NCBI GenBank assembly: GCA_043797085.1 | Contig: JAZDQA010000011.1 | Span: 128,001-192,000, forward strand | Direction of reading: 5' to 3' | Source of the DNA: Pseudomonadota bacterium | Lineage (GTDB): Bacteria; Campylobacterota; Campylobacteria; Campylobacterales; Sulfurimonadaceae | DNA: 64,000 nt | Shown here: positions 60,256 through 64,000 of the stretch, piece after piece | How positions within the stretch are numbered: position 1 is the stretch's first letter | Layout: every line of letters starts with the position of its first letter | Program-made: the position numbers and the translations under genes | Notes under the pieces: model-generated | What the model was told of the DNA's origin: nothing | Database searches by the model: none | What the model saw: the letters and a program-made list of their open reading frames with translations, nothing else

Positions 60256-61245
60256 ATGACTCCAAAACTTTCTTTTGACACTCCCATTTATGCTCTTGCC
60301 CCTCTTGCGGGGTATACCGATTTGCCTTTTCGTAACGTAGTTAAAAAATTCGGGGCTGATTTAACCGTGAGCGAGATGCTTAGTTCAAATGCTCTTATTC
60401 ACGGTTCGACTAAAACACTTAAAATGCTAGAACGAAGTCCCAACGAAGATCCTTATTCGGTACAAATCGCAGGCTCTGATGAAGAGGTTGTACGTCGTGC
60501 GGTTGAAATTCTCAATACTCAAGATTACATTGATATTATTGATTTAAACTGCGGATGTCCCGTACCAAAAATTGTATGTCATGGATCAGGGAGTTCACTT
60601 CTTAATGATCTTCCTCGAATGGCACGTATCATCGAAACCATTAAAAAAACCTCTACGAGACCTACGTTAAGTGTCAAAATCCGTCTTGGATTTGAAACAA
60701 AAAATCATATCGAAATCGCTAAGTTGGTCGAATCATGTGGAGCAGATTTTTTGGCTGTCCATGGGCGAACACGTGCAGGAAAATTTAAAGCTCCTGTCGA
60801 TTACGATGCGATTGCACAGATCAAAGCTTCGGTCTCTATACCGGTGATTGCCAACGGGGACATTGACTCCTTTGAAAAAGCGCAATGGGTACTGAATCAC
60901 ACAAAAGCCGATGGCGTTATGATCGGTCGCGGAGCGGTAGGTGCGCCATGGATTTTTCATCAACTCAAATCCGGTAGCAGCAGTGTCGATCCCATGCTTA
61001 AGCACGCTATTATCATGGAACATTTAGACGGCATGATCCAGTTTTATGGACCTAGAGGGGTAATCATGTTCCGTAAGCATGTTCATACTTATTCCAAGGG
61101 ATACGAGGGAGCCTCAGCGATGCGTGATGCGGTAAATCGTATAGATGATCCATCTGAATTTCGCAAGGTAGTCGATGACTTCTTTCTAACCCATATCCAA
61201 ATCGGCGAGGGCTTTAAACCTTTTGAAATGAGCTGTGAATGCTAA
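60256..61245 (+). CDS. dusB: tRNA-dihydrouridine synthase
   Basis: LAPLAG.TD.PFR, ID.NCGCP..K, HGRT, NGDI, DGVMIGRG. Confidence 0.93.
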   Translation: MTPKLSFDTPIYALAPLAGYTDLPFRNVVKKFGADLTVSEMLSSNALIHGSTKTLKMLERSPNEDPYSVQIAGSDEEVVRRAVEILNTQDYIDIIDLNCGCPVPKIVCHGSGSSLLNDLPRMARIIETIKKTSTRPTLSVKIRLGFETKNHIEIAKLVESCGADFLAVHGRTRAGKFKAPVDYDAIAQIKASVSIPVIANGDIDSFEKAQWVLNHTKADGVMIGRGAVGAPWIFHQLKSGSSSVDPMLKHAIIMEHLDGMIQFYGPRGVIMFRKHVHTYSKGYEGASAMRDAVNRIDDPSEFRKVVDDFFLTHIQIGEGFKPFEMSCEC

Positions 61246-61328
61246 ATATAGTTTTCGAAGTAAATCTTTTCCTATAGTCTCTCCTTAGCCACTCTAGCTA
61301 CAATCTCCCTTAAAAAAAGGCTCCAATA

Positions 61329-61793
61329 ATGATCGTTGATTTTTATGTTACAGCTATGAAATATTATGAAGTGGGTCGTTTTAAAGAAGCATTTGAAATT
61401 TTAGCTTCAACCCCGCAAGATCCTCGTTGTGTATATGCACTGGGAACGATGTATTATAACGGTCAAGGCGTCGAACGTAGTTTCGCCAAATCAACCCAGT
61501 ATTATGCCATAGCAGCGGAAGCTGGGATATTACCCGCGCAAGTGAGTGCAGGATTTGCTTACGCAAATGCGATGGGCGTTCCTGAAGATTTTGATAAAGC
61601 AGCCTACTATCTCAAAATGGCAGTTGCTCAGGGCGAACCAGCCGCGAAAATCACATTAGCAGAGATTTATGCCAAAGGACACGCAGGAGGAAGCCGTAAA
61701 GAAGCAGCCGAACTAATCCGTGATGTTCTAGCCACAACAGGCGGAGAAGAGGCGTATGACGTTTATTCACGCTATGAGTTGAATAACGCTTAA
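61329..61793 (+). CDS. Sel1-repeat protein
   Basis: LG.MY..G.GV.....K...YY..AA..G repeats. Confidence 0.9.
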   Translation: MIVDFYVTAMKYYEVGRFKEAFEILASTPQDPRCVYALGTMYYNGQGVERSFAKSTQYYAIAAEAGILPAQVSAGFAYANAMGVPEDFDKAAYYLKMAVAQGEPAAKITLAEIYAKGHAGGSRKEAAELIRDVLATTGGEEAYDVYSRYELNNA

Positions 61794-62668
61794 TACTCTC
61801 CGGAAGCTTTTTCTTTGTACGCATCAAAAGATTCGTCTTGGGTTGTTCCCAGTTGAAAAAAGCCATCAAGCTCCTGATGTTTGGTGCGTAAGAGGGTTTC
61901 AAATTCGTTTTGTGTAATGGGTATGTCGTCTTGAAATTTATCGAGCAGTATTGTATTGTTGCCCAATAAGACTAAATAACTTTGTGTCCCGAAATCGAGC
62001 ATTGCGACGGAGTGTACGGGATCGAGCGATTTTTGAAACCGTATTTGAACTCCGCCCCCTTCAATACTGCTTATGGGTGTTGGTGTTGGTACCGTTTTTT
62101 TGGTGGCTGTGTTAAAACTCCATGGGGTTTTTGGTGCAGCATGAATGGCAGTTGCGCGTGAGGCAATATTTTGTTTCAACCAAAACAAGATACCGATGCC
62201 GATAACTAAAATACCGATAACGACATAATAACTTTGTTCAAATTCACTGCCATTTTTGGTGGGTAAAGAAGAGACTTTTTCCGTTGTATCTTGGGCAGTA
62301 AGGGGAACAGTGGTAGGTGTGCTAAATCGTAAACGAAGCCCATATGAATCGGATGTTTTCGATGCTTGCAAAACAACATTATTACTTACTTTTGCCGTTA
62401 TTTGGATTTGGTCACCTATGGGTGAAATAGTAATATTTTGAAGATACGTTGAATTGATATTTTTATTGAGCGGGGTATCAATGGAAGCTTCCTCAAGCTT
62501 GATGGTAATCAATCCGCCTTGTTGGTTTTGGCGCAGCACTCCCTCGTAGGGCGTGTCAAATGTGAGCATGATGTCAACGCGATCATGACGATCATAAACA
62601 TTGTAACTAAGGATTTTAGATCCCCAAACAAGGCTGCTTAAAAGTAAAAGTAAAAGAATTTTTTTCAT
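61790..62668 (-). CDS. fliO: Probable FliO (Campylobacterota type with N-terminal periplasmic domain)
   Basis: Overlaps the fliN stop; signal peptide, DRVD.MLTFD.PY.G domain, TM, then FQKSLD......L......YLVL.G.....LLD. Confidence 0.6.
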   Translation of the reverse strand: MKKILLLLLLSSLVWGSKILSYNVYDRHDRVDIMLTFDTPYEGVLRQNQQGGLITIKLEEASIDTPLNKNINSTYLQNITISPIGDQIQITAKVSNNVVLQASKTSDSYGLRLRFSTPTTVPLTAQDTTEKVSSLPTKNGSEFEQSYYVVIGILVIGIGILFWLKQNIASRATAIHAAPKTPWSFNTATKKTVPTPTPISSIEGGGVQIRFQKSLDPVHSVAMLDFGTQSYLVLLGNNTILLDKFQDDIPITQNEFETLLRTKHQELDGFFQLGTTQDESFDAYKEKASGEY

Positions 62669-63018
62669 AGTCTCTCTTTTGATAGATAATAAAGAACCGC
62701 ACTTGAATCAAGTACTTCATTGATACGAATGGCAAGATTTTTTTCATAAACCATGACTTCGCCTTTACCGATAATCCGATGATTGACATAGGACTCGACA
62801 CTTTCACCGGCTGGTTTTCCTAAATCAATGACGGAACCTTTTTCAAGTTTGAGAATTTCTCCCAGTGAGAGGGTAGTTTGTCCCAAATCGGAAACAAATT
62901 CTACTTCCATATCGAGTAAACCATCATAGTCCATCCATGAAAGTTCTTTCTTCGAATCGAAAATATTTTTTTTATCAATGGTAGGTGTTTCTGGCAAAGG
63001 AAGATCTAAATCAGCCAT
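62665..63018 (-). CDS. fliN: Flagellar motor switch protein FliN
   Basis: LG.T......IL.L.KGSVIDL.KPAGE.V...VN...IG.GEV. Confidence 0.93.
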   Translation of the reverse strand: MADLDLPLPETPTIDKKNIFDSKKELSWMDYDGLLDMEVEFVSDLGQTTLSLGEILKLEKGSVIDLGKPAGESVESYVNHRIIGKGEVMVYEKNLAIRINEVLDSSAVLYYLSKERL

Positions 63019-63020
63019 AA

Positions 63021-63443
63021 TTATAATGCCTTTAACGCAATGATCATTTCACCATTGGCAACATGGAAGGCATGAGAACCCTCTGCGTCAAGTGTGAAAT
63101 GGTCATTGGCTTGAAAATGAGGTGTTGAAATCGTAAAAGGAGTATGGAAAGATTCTTCATAAAGTACCTTGGCATTTCCTACAATCATATTGGTTGTTTC
63201 AAGCAGCATGTCCAGCAGTGTCTCCTGATCGTGTATTTCTTCGCCTAAAAAAATTTCAGTAATGCATTGCAGAAGAATATTATCACACCCTATATAGGCA
63301 CGATGTTTCTCTCCATTACTATCTTCTATATCAAGATAAGCAATAAGCGTTCTCTTTTTTTGGGACAGAGGTTCAATACGATAGGGCAGACGGATTTGAT
63401 GGATACAGAAATTTTCAGCCGCTTTGATGATAGATGACAGCAT
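63021..63443 (-). CDS. cheX: Chemotaxis phosphatase CheX-like protein
   Basis: D..LE..N.I.GNAK (ExxN motif), ISTP. Confidence 0.8.
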   Translation of the reverse strand: MLSSIIKAAENFCIHQIRLPYRIEPLSQKKRTLIAYLDIEDSNGEKHRAYIGCDNILLQCITEIFLGEEIHDQETLLDMLLETTNMIVGNAKVLYEESFHTPFTISTPHFQANDHFTLDAEGSHAFHVANGEMIIALKAL

Positions 63444-63564
63444 AGGTACCTCATCAGTAATTATGTATTGTAAATTATTATTGATTATAGCGTAAATTTA
63501 CAAGGAAAGAATAGAGATTAAGTGAGTATAATCGCGAAGTATTTAGAAAAATAAAGTGTTATAT

Positions 63565-64000
63565 ATGACAATTGAACTATCACTGCTTGGTGTTATTGTA
63601 GGGACGCTTTCCGGATTTTTTGGAATAGGAGGCGGAACTGTCAGTGTTCCGTTACTGCTTTATCTCGGATTTGGGATTAAAGAAGCAATCGGAATTTCTA
63701 TGATGCAAATGGTTGCAGGTTCTTTGATGGCGGCTTATATCCATCAAAAAAAGCAAACGTACGTGATGAGAGAAGTAAAGTATTTTGGTTTTGGGGGGAT
63801 AATCGGAGCGATAATCGGAGCAATGCTGGTTAAAGTGCTCTCTTCGAGTGTTTTAGAATGGTTTTTTCTTTCCATCGTTGCTTTTACGTTGGTGCGTTTG
63901 GCTATGTCTAATCCCGTCCCAAAACGATTAGAAGTGGTTAATCGACCGCTTTATAGTGCTATCGGTGGCAGTATAGGGGTTTTTTCTGGGATGCTTGGTG
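63565..64000 (+). CDS. TauE/SafE (TSUP) family transporter, runs off the right edge
   Basis: Manual translation MTIELSLLGVIVGTLSGFFGIGGGTVSVPLLL...; second SGMLG repeat at the edge. Confidence 0.9.
   Translation, partial: MTIELSLLGVIVGTLSGFFGIGGGTVSVPLLLYLGFGIKEAIGISMMQMVAGSLMAAYIHQKKQTYVMREVKYFGFGGIIGAIIGAMLVKVLSSSVLEWFFLSIVAFTLVRLAMSNPVPKRLEVVNRPLYSAIGGSIGVFSGMLG

Overview
Chromosomal window from a Campylobacterota (Epsilonproteobacteria) bacterium, most likely a Sulfuricurvum/Sulfurimonas-like sulfur oxidiser; this is inferred from the glmU-coaBC-uppS-pilD-lptF-truA-htpG and accD-rlmH-dksA-dusB gene orders and TGnTATAAT promoters. Left edge: the end of an integrative element (tyrosine integrase plus the displaced 3' half of a CAT-anticodon tRNA as att site). 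1-33 kb is accessory-rich: hemH with a coupled 32-aa upstream ORF, two GGDEF-EAL proteins (one coupled to an orphan sugar-binding protein), a REC-PP2C-kinase/STAS partner switch with a c-heme chemoreceptor, pgaBCD without pgaA, a secreted NucA-type nuclease with a coupled small protein, a ferritin-like cargo/encapsulin operon with divergent wrbA, and mddA. Downstream of htpG are two AT-rich genes (SIR2-domain protein and 2-TM protein), each followed by a REPIN-like palindromic repeat in a cassette-like layout; this is the best candidate for an undescribed system. 33-64 kb is mostly core genes (htpG to glmU, fliP, trmA, gltBD, accD, dksA, dusB, fliN/fliO, cheX), plus a secreted protein with 16-aa tandem repeats and a kinase/CZB-chemoreceptor/regulator operon. 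All calls come from motif recognition by eye; no database searches were run.
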